64,000 nt of DNA. Source: an uncultured Candidatus Saccharibacteria bacterium. Lineage in GTDB: Bacteria > Patescibacteriota > Saccharimonadia > Saccharimonadales > UBA10212. How positions within the stretch are numbered: the stretch's first letter is position 1; every line of letters begins with the position of its first letter. The notes under the pieces are model-generated. The model did no database searches. It worked only from the letters and a program-made list of their open reading frames with translations, and had not been told where the DNA came from. Where the stretch lies: contig CAYUUT010000001.1 in NCBI GenBank assembly GCA_964448095.1, forward strand, positions 105,829-169,828, in the 5' to 3' direction. Shown piece after piece: positions 1-9,151 of the stretch. Position numbers and translations under genes: made by a program.

Positions 1-409
1 TTGGAAAATCGCTGACTAGCTCCATAGACGGATTCATAATCGCGAAGCGGCCGCGCCCCAGCTGGTATTCGCCGGCGATAAAGTAGTCGGTACCGGCTTT
101 GATAGCGCCGGCGCGGTATGGCTGGTTAAACCAGATAAGCCGGACGCTGCCGGACTCGTCTGAAGCAATCGCTTCGGTGATATGCAGTCCGCGGCGTACA
201 TAGCGGCCGTTTATCTGGCCGACTTTGGCTTGGATAGTCACCGGACCAGGCCGCAGCTGAGCCACCGGCATAATCTGCGAATAATCTTCATAGCGCCGCG
301 GGAAATTATCAATCAAATCACCCAGCGTATGCACGCCAAGAATCGCCAGCTTTTTAGCCAGCTCATCTCCCACTCCCTTTAACTCAGTTATCGGCGAATC
401 AAGTGTCAC
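1..409 (-). CDS. recG: ATP-dependent DNA helicase RecG, N-terminal (wedge) portion only; the gene continues past the window start
   Basis: Minus-strand translation from a GTG at about 407-409 gives MTLDSPITELKGVGDELAKKLAILGVHTLGDLIDNFPRRYEDYSQIMPVAQLRPGPVTIQAKV...VRLIWFNQPYRAG. The PRRYED motif is characteristic of the RecG N-terminus. The ORF is open to position 1. The plus-strand ORF at 182..382 was rejected. Confidence 0.65.
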   Translation of the reverse strand, partial: MTLDSPITELKGVGDELAKKLAILGVHTLGDLIDNFPRRYEDYSQIMPVAQLRPGPVTIQAKVGQINGRYVRRGLHITEAIASDESGSVRLIWFNQPYRAGAIKAGTDYFIAGEYQLGRGRFAIMNPSMELVSDFP

Positions 410-430
410 TTACTACAGTTTAGCAAGCGA

Positions 431-1216
431 TTACTTCTTTTTGAGGCGGAGCCAGATGCTGGGGCCAAAGTAGACCGGAGCTAGCAGCGGTTGCATGCCC
501 TTTTCCAGGCCCAGCAAAACATTCTTGCCCAGGACTTTTTTGAGGCGCGGCGAACGCAGGTTAGATCCGGATAAGGCAGTTTCTACCTTGAATCCGGCAT
601 CATGCAATAGTTTGATAATGACTTTGGGGTGGTGGTTAACAAAGGGTATGTCGTCTTTGTTGGCTTCGGAGCGGATATCTACGGGGGTTTTTGGCACGCG
701 CTTGCCGCGCACCCCATAGCGCACCCGGTTCAAAAAGTGGGCATCGTTGGCGAATTCCAGAATAAACGTACCACCCGGTTTGAGCACCCGAGCAATTTCC
801 TTGAGCTCAGCAGCCGGATCCGGCAAATGGTGCAACACCCGCACAACTAGCACCAAGTCAGCGGATTCATCTGGCATTTTAAGGTCAGCCGCCTGCCACA
901 GCTTACTATGGACGGTCGGTGCGTCTTTGAGATAGATTTTGGAAATATCTAGCTGCTGGCGGCTAGGTTCGGCCAAAGTGACTTTATCGGCGAATTTAGT
1001 TAAAAACAGGCTCAGCCGGCCATAGCCGCCGCCGACATCCACAGCGTTGGCAAAATGCATGCCTTTAAGCAGCCGTTTGATAGCCATTTCTTCGGCGGCA
1101 TGTTCGTACTCCCGGCCGGCCCAGTAATCCTGATAATTATACTTAGGGTCATCGTACTGGTCGGCTTTTTTTAGAGCCTTCTTAACTGGTTTTTTGGCGG
1201 TTGTTTGTTTGGGCAT
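431..1216 (-). CDS. Class I SAM-dependent methyltransferase (Methyltransf_11/25-like), substrate unknown
   Basis: Motif I VDVGGGYGRLSLFL, then an acidic post-I residue and VLKPGGTFILE. 261 aa. Lies directly upstream of recG on the same strand. Confidence 0.6.
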   Translation of the reverse strand: MPKQTTAKKPVKKALKKADQYDDPKYNYQDYWAGREYEHAAEEMAIKRLLKGMHFANAVDVGGGYGRLSLFLTKFADKVTLAEPSRQQLDISKIYLKDAPTVHSKLWQAADLKMPDESADLVLVVRVLHHLPDPAAELKEIARVLKPGGTFILEFANDAHFLNRVRYGVRGKRVPKTPVDIRSEANKDDIPFVNHHPKVIIKLLHDAGFKVETALSGSNLRSPRLKKVLGKNVLLGLEKGMQPLLAPVYFGPSIWLRLKKK

Positions 1217-1217
1217 C

Positions 1218-2414
1218 CTATTCTAATTCTACCAGAGCCGAATTCTGCAGTTTTTTACCTTTTCTGAGTAGCAGTTTGCCATCTTCGAAGTCGCCAGCTT
1301 CTAATGTCTCTTTATCATAAGGCTGGTTATTCACGTAAACACCCTTGTCTTCAAGCAGACGACGGGCTTCCGAATTAGAATCGGCTAGGCCGGTTTTGAC
1401 CAGGGCATCCACAACAGATATACCGGTAGCCAGCTTAATGTGCTCGCCGTTCGACGGATCTGCCGAGCCGGTTATACGGCTCCTATGTTCTTGGGCAATA
1501 TTTAAGCCTTCTTGTCCGTGTACTAATATCGTAACCGCGTCAGCGAGCCTGACCTGAGCCATACGTTTTGCCGGATCTTCTGACTGTAACTTCATAATCT
1601 GTTCAATCTCATCTTGGCCAAGTAAAGTAAATACCTTTAAATAGTCCTCCACATCTGCATCATCGGTATTAATCCAAAATTGGTAGAACTGTTCAGGCGT
1701 GGTTTTGGCGGGATCCAGCCAAATGGCGCCCTCTTCACTCTTGCCAAACTTAACACCGGTGGCTTTGTTAACAACCAGCGGCATAGACAGCGCTTGGACT
1801 TCCTGGCTTTCCTTTTTACGAATGAGCGAAACCCCGGAGAGCATATTGCCCCACTGGTCGGAGCCGCCAATTTGCAATACCGTACTGTGGTTCTTAAACA
1901 GTTGAAGATAATCGTATCCCTGAATTAAGGAGTAGCTGAACTCGGCATAACTAATGCCGGAGTCCATGCGTTGGTTAACAAACTCGCGCTGCATCAGCTC
2001 GCTTACGGCGAAATTTTTGCCGATGTCGCGCAGAAAATCCAGGTATTTAACGTCGGCGAACCAGTCGTAATTATCTACCAACGCAAAATCTTTGCCAGCA
2101 AATAATTTATTGATTTGCTCTTTGATAGCCGCGACGTTTTTTTGGACTTCTTCGCGCGGTTTTAATTCGCGCTCTTCGGTGTCTTTGGGGTCACCAATCA
2201 AACTGGTAGCGCCGCCGGCCAGCAGCACAGCTTTCCAGCCGGCATCGATCAAACGCCGGGCCAGCAACATCGCCGCCAAATTGCCGATGGTCATACTGTC
2301 GCTGGAGGCATCTACGCCATGATAAAAAGTCCGTGGTTCATCCAACCACTTGGTATCGTTAAAAGTCTTATCCTTGATAAGGCCGCGCCAGGCCAGGTCT
2401 TCGCTTAAACTCAT
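1218..2414 (-). CDS. tyrS: Tyrosine--tRNA ligase
   Basis: 398 aa. Class I aaRS with a KMSKS-like KFGKSEE motif and a C-terminal S4-like region. TyrS-like throughout. Confidence 0.9.
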   Translation of the reverse strand: MSLSEDLAWRGLIKDKTFNDTKWLDEPRTFYHGVDASSDSMTIGNLAAMLLARRLIDAGWKAVLLAGGATSLIGDPKDTEERELKPREEVQKNVAAIKEQINKLFAGKDFALVDNYDWFADVKYLDFLRDIGKNFAVSELMQREFVNQRMDSGISYAEFSYSLIQGYDYLQLFKNHSTVLQIGGSDQWGNMLSGVSLIRKKESQEVQALSMPLVVNKATGVKFGKSEEGAIWLDPAKTTPEQFYQFWINTDDADVEDYLKVFTLLGQDEIEQIMKLQSEDPAKRMAQVRLADAVTILVHGQEGLNIAQEHRSRITGSADPSNGEHIKLATGISVVDALVKTGLADSNSEARRLLEDKGVYVNNQPYDKETLEAGDFEDGKLLLRKGKKLQNSALVELE

Positions 2415-2520
2415 AAGGTCTTTCTCAGATGAATAATCATAATTATGGGTATTAGTATACCTCAGCGCTGCCCCTGTTGGCGAACTTAACTATCATACTT
2501 ATGCTTTCGAAGGCTTTTGC

Positions 2521-2526
2521 TATAAT
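2521..2526 (+). promoter_or_regulatory. Candidate -10 box (TATAAT) upstream of the PBP gene
   Basis: A perfect TATAAT hexamer about 35 nt upstream of the ATG at 2561. No convincing -35 box. Confidence 0.25.
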
Positions 2527-2560
2527 AGTTGCAAGAGGGAATCCAAGAATACCACAGTTT

Positions 2561-5500
2561 ATGAGTGCCAAAAGCTCCAGCAATAGACCCAAGAAACCCA
2601 GTAAATATGTAACTACACGCAGTGGTAAACAGCTGAAGATTAACCGCTCTATGGGCGAAAAATTTACAGCCCTGAAAGAGGCTAAGAGCCTGCGCAAGGT
2701 CAATCGTTTGCGTGGTTTGCCTAAATCGCGCTTTAAACGTTTTTGGTGGCGTATGCGCCCTTCGCACCTGAAAGAATACTGGTTTAGCCGTGACGGTGGC
2801 ATTATGGCGCTAAAAATTGTGGGCATCGGCATTTTGGTAATGTTTATACTCACTTTGGCGGTTTTCGCCTATTTCCGCAAAGACCTGCCTGACGTAACTG
2901 ATATTTCCGGCAGCAACCTGGGGGGCAGCATTAGTTACTACGACCGCACCGGCAAAACCCTGCTTTGGCAGGATTATAACGCCGTTAAACGAGTTCCCGT
3001 ATCCGGTGATAGCATCTCCACTTACATGAAAGAGGCGACTATAGCCACCGAGGATCGTAATTTTTATAGTGAGCGGGGTTTTGACGTAAAAAGCGTCATC
3101 CGGGCGGCCTACGTTGATGTTTTTCACCGCGGCAGCACACAGGGCGGCAGTACTATCACGGAACAGTTAGTGAAGCTTACCCAGGATTTCAACCAAAGCC
3201 GCAGCATTAGCCTCAAGGCCAAAGAATTAATCCTGGCGGTGGAACTGGAACGCACCTATACCAAGGATGAGATTCTGACCGGCTATCTGAACGCCGCGCC
3301 ATATGGCGGCGTAGATTACGGCGTTCAAGCCGCGGCTTCCGATTATTTCCACAAAAACGCTAAAGACCTGACTTTGCCGGAAGCCGCGATGCTGGCGGCT
3401 ATCCCTAAATCGCCTTCGGTGTATTCGCCGTACGCCGGCAGTTATTTTGATAAGCCGGCCTTCATAGCCCGCTATGATTACGTGCTGGATTCCATGGAGC
3501 AAACCGGCAAGATTACCAAAGCCCAGGACGCAGCCGCTAAGAAGGTTGATATTTTAGCTGAGGTGCAACCGCAATCCACGAAATATGCCGGCATTAAGGC
3601 GCCATATTTTGTGCTGGCCGCCAAAACTCAGCTAGACCAGCAGTTTGCCGGCCAGACGGCTAAGGTTGGCGGTTGGAAAGTCATCACCACTTTGGATGTA
3701 GACCTGCAAAGCAAGGCCGAACAGGTTGTGGCCTCTAACCTACCCAACGTGCAGCGCTTGACCGGCGGCGCGGCGGACGAAGAAGCTACGGTTTTAGAGA
3801 ACGTGCCAACCGGCCAGATTGAGGCCTTAGTGGGAGGCGTTGACTTCAATGATCCGGACCACGGGCAGAATAACTATGCCGCCGGTATTTTGATACCGCC
3901 CGGCTCCAGCTTTAAGCCCTACGACTACACCACGCTGATTAATAACAATAATAATGTCGGTGCCGGCTCAGTCCTCTATGACAGCCAGGGGCCGTTGCCT
4001 GGCTATCCTTGTACCAACAAAGCCTTGCCCAAAAACGGCGGTAACTGCCTGGAAGACTATGACTTTATATACCCGGGACCACTCACCTTACGTTACGCAA
4101 TGGGCGGTTCGCGCAATGTGCCAGCCGTTAAAGCCATGCTAGAATCTTCGCCCACAGATAAAAGCACCGACCGCGTACAATCTATAAATTCAGTAATTAG
4201 CACTGCCTCGGCAATGATGGACAATAGTTACGACCAATCGAAGAGCCTCAAATCTTATAACTGCTATGCGGACACGGCTTTGACCCAGACCACCCAGTGT
4301 TACGGCGCTTCGGCCATTGGCGACGGTGCTTTCTTGCACCTGGACGACCACGTCAACGGCCTCGCTACGCTCGGCCGTCTAGGCAACGCCATCCCGCACA
4401 CCTATATCATGCAAATTCAGGACGCCGCCAATAAAACGCTCTACAAGTGGACACAGCCCAAAGGTACTCAGGTTGTCAAAAAAGATGCCGCTTACATCGT
4501 TGATAGCATGGCCTCGGACCCCAATGCCAGCTACCTGCCCGGCAGCTGCAGCGCCACCACTTGTACGCCGCTCAGCCGTGGCGGTTACAAGTTCCAGCGC
4601 GACAACGGTTGGGACTTTGCCGTCAAAACCGGTACCACCAACAATGGTTTCGATGGCTTGATGACCAGCTGGTCAACCCAGTTTGCCGTAGTTTCTTGGG
4701 TCGGTAATCACAAACGCAATGTCGATCTTTCGGCCGCCCACGGTGCAGCTATGGAAACCCTGACCGAGCCTATGACTCGCGGCCTGATGGAGGCCGCCGC
4801 CGCGACCATACCTACTCCTGTTAACTGGACGCAACCATCAGACATTAAGTCAGAGCCGGCATTTGTGGTCCATAATCACATCCACTATGGCGACATCGAA
4901 CCCAGTCCCAGCAATGACCTATTCCCGTCCTGGTACGTTGGCAAAGGCTCTGGCAGCAACAACTCCAACCAGACTATCGATAAAGTTTCCGGTAAAATAG
5001 CTAATAACTGCACGCCAGCATTGGCCAAAGATACTAGCACCAACTCTAATACTTCCACCTGGAATGTGGACATATTCTCTGGCGGCAGCCCTAATGTAGG
5101 AGAGACATCGGTCAGCAATAATGCTGCGGGCGGCACTACTGACAACGTACATATTTGCGGCGACATACTTCCATCCGTGGATGTTCCTTGGTTTATCAAC
5201 GGTCTGGACGCTACTGACCCTAATAATTTACCGATAAACTGCAATGATAGCTGCACTGTTACAGCCACAGTTTCAGCCGGCACCCATCCGTTAAATGATC
5301 CGAATTACCCGCAATTCCCAGGCACTATTAACCTCTTAGTCAATGGTCAGGTGGTTCAATCAAAGCCTGTGAGCGATCCAAGCGATTCAGTTACTTTCGA
5401 CCCGATTACAGGCAGCGGATCAGAGACTATATCGGTTCAAGTTATAGACAGCGTGCTTTACAGCGCCAACAGCGCCAATGCTACAGTTAATTTCACTGCT

Positions 5501-5719
5501 GCAGGGCCTACCGGCTTTACGGCAAGCAGATCTAATACAAGTATTAGTTTTAGCTGGTCAGGTGGTACTGCGCCATATACTATCTACAGAAACGGAACGG
5601 CGATAACCTGTAATAGTACTGGTCCTACTAGTTGCACAGCGACAGTGGCTAACACTAATGCGACTTACTACGTACAAGACGCCAATGGGAACCAGTCCAC
5701 AACTAGTCCTCCGGTATAG
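2561..5719 (+). CDS. Class A penicillin-binding protein (GT51 transglycosylase + transpeptidase) with a ~330-aa S/T/N/G-rich C-terminal extension ending in an Fn3-like segment
   Basis: GT51 motifs ATIATEDRNFYSERGFD and RGSTQGGSTITEQL. A TM helix IVGIGILVMFILTLAVFAYF. A transpeptidase SxxK-like region. The track ORF begins at a TTG at 2477; the first ATG in frame is 2561 (MSAKSS...). Later ATGs are also possible starts. Confidence 0.85.
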   Translation: MSAKSSSNRPKKPSKYVTTRSGKQLKINRSMGEKFTALKEAKSLRKVNRLRGLPKSRFKRFWWRMRPSHLKEYWFSRDGGIMALKIVGIGILVMFILTLAVFAYFRKDLPDVTDISGSNLGGSISYYDRTGKTLLWQDYNAVKRVPVSGDSISTYMKEATIATEDRNFYSERGFDVKSVIRAAYVDVFHRGSTQGGSTITEQLVKLTQDFNQSRSISLKAKELILAVELERTYTKDEILTGYLNAAPYGGVDYGVQAAASDYFHKNAKDLTLPEAAMLAAIPKSPSVYSPYAGSYFDKPAFIARYDYVLDSMEQTGKITKAQDAAAKKVDILAEVQPQSTKYAGIKAPYFVLAAKTQLDQQFAGQTAKVGGWKVITTLDVDLQSKAEQVVASNLPNVQRLTGGAADEEATVLENVPTGQIEALVGGVDFNDPDHGQNNYAAGILIPPGSSFKPYDYTTLINNNNNVGAGSVLYDSQGPLPGYPCTNKALPKNGGNCLEDYDFIYPGPLTLRYAMGGSRNVPAVKAMLESSPTDKSTDRVQSINSVISTASAMMDNSYDQSKSLKSYNCYADTALTQTTQCYGASAIGDGAFLHLDDHVNGLATLGRLGNAIPHTYIMQIQDAANKTLYKWTQPKGTQVVKKDAAYIVDSMASDPNASYLPGSCSATTCTPLSRGGYKFQRDNGWDFAVKTGTTNNGFDGLMTSWSTQFAVVSWVGNHKRNVDLSAAHGAAMETLTEPMTRGLMEAAAATIPTPVNWTQPSDIKSEPAFVVHNHIHYGDIEPSPSNDLFPSWYVGKGSGSNNSNQTIDKVSGKIANNCTPALAKDTSTNSNTSTWNVDIFSGGSPNVGETSVSNNAAGGTTDNVHICGDILPSVDVPWFINGLDATDPNNLPINCNDSCTVTATVSAGTHPLNDPNYPQFPGTINLLVNGQVVQSKPVSDPSDSVTFDPITGSGSETISVQVIDSVLYSANSANATVNFTAAGPTGFTASRSNTSISFSWSGGTAPYTIYRNGTAITCNSTGPTSCTATVANTNATYYVQDANGNQSTTSPPV

Positions 5720-5725
5720 TTAAAA

Positions 5726-7105
5726 CTATCTTTCTTTGATCTCTAATTTTGGCTTAGGCTGGTCTGACTCTAGGAATGTATTCAGAGCAGTTCTGATATC
5801 TGGTACCGATAAAAGCATTGGCGGTTTTTTACCGCTGCGGACTTTTGGTCCGATGGCGGCCTTGAAACCAAGCTTTTTGGCTTCAGCAATGCGCTTCTCT
5901 ATAAACGGCACGTGGCGGACCTCGCCGGACAGGCCAACTTCGCCAAATACTACAGCATTTTGTTTTAGCTGCATGCCCTTGGCGGCCGACGCGATGGCCA
6001 TGCAGATAGCCAGGTCGGCCGCCGGCTCGGTCAGCTTAATCCCGCCAACGATATTTATATAAATGTCTTTGTCGGCCAGCTTCAGCTTGGTTCGACGCTC
6101 CAGCATTGCCACCAATAGATTCACCCGGTTCAAATCGATGCCGCTAGCGGTGCGTTTGGGATAACCATAGCTGGTTGGGTTTACCAGAGCCTGGACTTCT
6201 ACCAATAATGGCCGGCTGCCCTCCATGGTTGCGTGCACGACGGAGCCGTCGCTGATTTGGCGCTCGGCCAATAAGGCGGCAGATGGGTTGTCTACGGCTT
6301 TTAGGCCATCGTCTAGCATTTCAAAAATTCCGGCTTCGTTGGTGCTGCCGTAGCGGTTTTTAACTGCCCGCAAAATCTTGAAGCCGCCGTAACGGTCGCC
6401 TTCCAGCTGCAGCACTACGTCGACGATATGTTCTAAAACCTTCGGTCCGGCAATCGAACCTTCTTTAGTTACGTGACCAACCAACAGCAGCGCCGTATTT
6501 GTCGCCTTAGCCGCAGCCGTTAGTAGCTGGGTGCTGTTGGTTATTTGGCTGACGTTGCCGGCGGCCGAATTAATTTCGTTAACGGCGATGGCTTGGATAG
6601 AATCCACGACCACCACGTCAAAGCCGCCGCTGGCGATAGTGGCGGCAATATCATTGGCTACATTAGAAACGGCCAGCTGCAAGTCTTTATGTTGGGCGCC
6701 CAAGCGTTCAGCCCGTAAACCAATTTGCCGGGCCGACTCCTCGCCGCTGACATACAAAACTTTGTATTTTTTGGATAAGTTATAAGCCAGCTGCAACAGC
6801 AAAGTGCTTTTGCCAATGCCAGGTTGTCCGGCCAGCAAATTAACACTGCCAGCCACGATACCGCCGCCCAGCACTTCATCCACTTCCGGCATTCCCGTCG
6901 CCAGGCGCGGTGTTTGGCTGGTCACGGCTTTAGTAACAGACTCTATTAATAAGCTTTTGCCGCTGCTGCCGGCTGTAGCCGTGCTGACTTCTACCTGCGG
7001 CTGCAGAGTATTCCACTCGCCACAATTGCTGCAGCGCCCGGTCCAACTGGCAGTCATATTGCCGCAATTGGAACATACGTATTTAACCCCTAGACTCTTA
7101 GCCAT
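5726..7105 (-). CDS. radA: DNA repair protein RadA/Sms
   Basis: N-terminal C4 zinc finger CSNCGNMTASWTGRCSNCGEW, Walker A GQPGIGKST, KNRYG motif, C-terminal Lon-like domain. Confidence 0.9.
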   Translation of the reverse strand: MAKSLGVKYVCSNCGNMTASWTGRCSNCGEWNTLQPQVEVSTATAGSSGKSLLIESVTKAVTSQTPRLATGMPEVDEVLGGGIVAGSVNLLAGQPGIGKSTLLLQLAYNLSKKYKVLYVSGEESARQIGLRAERLGAQHKDLQLAVSNVANDIAATIASGGFDVVVVDSIQAIAVNEINSAAGNVSQITNSTQLLTAAAKATNTALLLVGHVTKEGSIAGPKVLEHIVDVVLQLEGDRYGGFKILRAVKNRYGSTNEAGIFEMLDDGLKAVDNPSAALLAERQISDGSVVHATMEGSRPLLVEVQALVNPTSYGYPKRTASGIDLNRVNLLVAMLERRTKLKLADKDIYINIVGGIKLTEPAADLAICMAIASAAKGMQLKQNAVVFGEVGLSGEVRHVPFIEKRIAEAKKLGFKAAIGPKVRSGKKPPMLLSVPDIRTALNTFLESDQPKPKLEIKER

Positions 7106-7133
7106 ACTCCTAGTTTAACAGACCCCTGCGACG

Positions 7134-8096
7134 CTACTTATTATGGACAATTCCCTTGAATACACTCTCTAAGCTGAGTTTCTGCCAATACGTCACAAGC
7201 CATTCCATAGACTCGGCGCGCCTCATAGCTGCGGCTTTCTTTCTAGTGAAGTCCAAAACATCCTGCTGGACGCTGGCGTCATGTCTTTTGAGTAAGAACA
7301 TCGGGTGCGCTAGTAAATCTTCTTCACACGGCGTTACTTCGATTGCACCCCCGAGTGTTACAGTGCCCAGACCGTTCAGTTTTTGCAGTACCCGGGCAAA
7401 CTCCACCTGGCTACTGCCCGGACCGTCATTAATCCAGTCTATACCTTCAGGATGGTTCCGAGCCATCAGCTCTACCATTTTGTGTATTTTCTCATCGTCC
7501 TTTGGTCGCAGGCCGCTGATAGACCGAGTCATATAATTTAGGACGTTCGCGTAAGGGCCAGTAATCGGCAGGGAGTTATCGTCATCATATCCAAGTGCCA
7601 GTCGCCAGGGTTCCAGTGTTTCCAGGTTCATTTTCGCCGCGAATGGAATTAAGGCTTTTTTTGCTTCTATAATCTGGCCATCTTCTCTCGTGGTAACATA
7701 GCGATCTGCCAGTACCGTTTTCTTGGCACTCAACCCCTTAGGGCTGCGTATTTGGCGCTCGAGGACTGCCGCCGGCCTAAGGCCGAATACTGATCTTTTC
7801 AGACGTTTTCCAATCTCTGTATCAGCGAGGTCTTTTACTTCCCGGACTATTGTTCTGTCCGTGGTGGGAACCAGTACATCTATGTCTCGTTTAGTGCCAT
7901 CAGAGCGGACAGTGTATGATTCCAAATCAAAAGGCGCAATAACCCGTCTTTCGTCGGGGAGTATAACTGTACGTTCATCAATAAGTGCGTCTGTGAGTAC
8001 ACCGCCGAAAATTTGAATCGGGGCGACTTCTTCGGCCGCTTCAACGAAGGGCCTAATTACATCTACAGTCCGGAGTCTCTCACTTGACCTAGCCAT
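7134..8096 (-). CDS. Hypothetical protein, 320 aa, no family recognised
   Basis: Long ORF with an ATG start. No motif I can place. Codon usage is atypical for the window: frequent AGA/AGG/CGA Arg, ATA Ile and CTA Leu. Confidence 0.55.
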   Translation of the reverse strand: MARSSERLRTVDVIRPFVEAAEEVAPIQIFGGVLTDALIDERTVILPDERRVIAPFDLESYTVRSDGTKRDIDVLVPTTDRTIVREVKDLADTEIGKRLKRSVFGLRPAAVLERQIRSPKGLSAKKTVLADRYVTTREDGQIIEAKKALIPFAAKMNLETLEPWRLALGYDDDNSLPITGPYANVLNYMTRSISGLRPKDDEKIHKMVELMARNHPEGIDWINDGPGSSQVEFARVLQKLNGLGTVTLGGAIEVTPCEEDLLAHPMFLLKRHDASVQQDVLDFTRKKAAAMRRAESMEWLVTYWQKLSLESVFKGIVHNK

Positions 8097-8145
8097 CTAG
8101 AAATTGTGGCGTCTAGTCTGTAGTTTTGCAAGCATAAGCAAGGTG

Positions 8146-9129
8146 TTATTGGGCGGACTGGGTGCTAAGCCGAGTATCCAGCGCCTTGTCCAGGCTGGCC
8201 AAATCCTGGGCGATAGCATTGCGCGAGTTCACTAAGTCGTTGTAGCTGGCAATATCGTTTTTAAGCTGGTCAACTCCTTGGTTATAGGCACTAACTTCAT
8301 CATTAAAGGGACCAACCGCGGCGTTATAGGCATCGGTTTGGCCGGAACTGCGCAAACTATCCAGGTGCGCCCGGTCAGAATTAATTTGAGCAGATTGTTG
8401 GCTCAAAGATTGTTCCTCGCTGTCGATTTGCTGCTTTAGCCCTGCCAGTTGAGTATCATCGGCATTAACCTGATTTTCGCGGTTGGTAAACTCCCCCTGG
8501 TAGTTTTGCTCGAAGGTCACAATGGCCTGGCGATTAGAAAAGTACTGCTGGTAATATTTTTCCAGCGGCAATGGCAAACTGGCGATTTCGGTGCCAAAAG
8601 TCGAGTGCATTTCGTCCATCACGTCATTGGGCTCAGTCTGTTGGTAGAGTTTTACTTCGTCTAGCACGCGCGGGTCGTGCAGGTCATTTTTATAATAATT
8701 CTCCAGCAATCCGTCTACATAGTTACGCTGCTTGGTGCTAAGGCGGGCATAGACCGAGTGCAGCACTTCGTGGGCCGCGGTGACTTGCTGGACTCCGGCC
8801 AGCGCTGAATCCTGGACATTATAGATATAAATACCCTGCTGGCCGGAGTGATAACAGCCTAGGACGATAGTATTCTCGTTCTCCGGACAATCCTGGCGGA
8901 AACTAGCCACCGTATTAAGCAGTTGCGGGCGATTGACGTAAAACAAATGCCGAGTGTAGGGTTTGAACGTATCCTGGTTGGCTAAGCTGACAATGCTTGC
9001 GGGTGGCGTGTAATCGCGCAGGCGATACCAATCATAAAGAGCGTTGCTCTGCCACCATGCGACCAGAGGAGCCGCCAGCACCAGCAGTATCAATAAAAAC
9101 CCAATAAACTTTTTGGAGTTTTTCAACAC
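8146..9129 (-). CDS. Membrane-anchored protein with an HExxH (zincin-like) motif and a Q/N/S-rich C-terminal coiled coil; putative metallopeptidase
   Basis: N-terminal TM helix FIGFLLILLVLAAPLVAWW. TAAHEVLHSVY (HExxH) with Glu/Asp further downstream (DEMHS). About 110 C-terminal residues of low-complexity coiled-coil-like sequence. Codon usage is native. Confidence 0.45.
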   Translation of the reverse strand: MLKNSKKFIGFLLILLVLAAPLVAWWQSNALYDWYRLRDYTPPASIVSLANQDTFKPYTRHLFYVNRPQLLNTVASFRQDCPENENTIVLGCYHSGQQGIYIYNVQDSALAGVQQVTAAHEVLHSVYARLSTKQRNYVDGLLENYYKNDLHDPRVLDEVKLYQQTEPNDVMDEMHSTFGTEIASLPLPLEKYYQQYFSNRQAIVTFEQNYQGEFTNRENQVNADDTQLAGLKQQIDSEEQSLSQQSAQINSDRAHLDSLRSSGQTDAYNAAVGPFNDEVSAYNQGVDQLKNDIASYNDLVNSRNAIAQDLASLDKALDTRLSTQSAQ

Positions 9130-9151
9130 TTTAGATTATAGCAAGCTTGGC

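Noticed and set aside
182-382. 66-aa plus-strand ORF at the window start
   Set aside because: The opposite strand encodes a clean RecG N-terminus (PRRYED motif) spanning the same region. The plus-strand ORF is a shadow.
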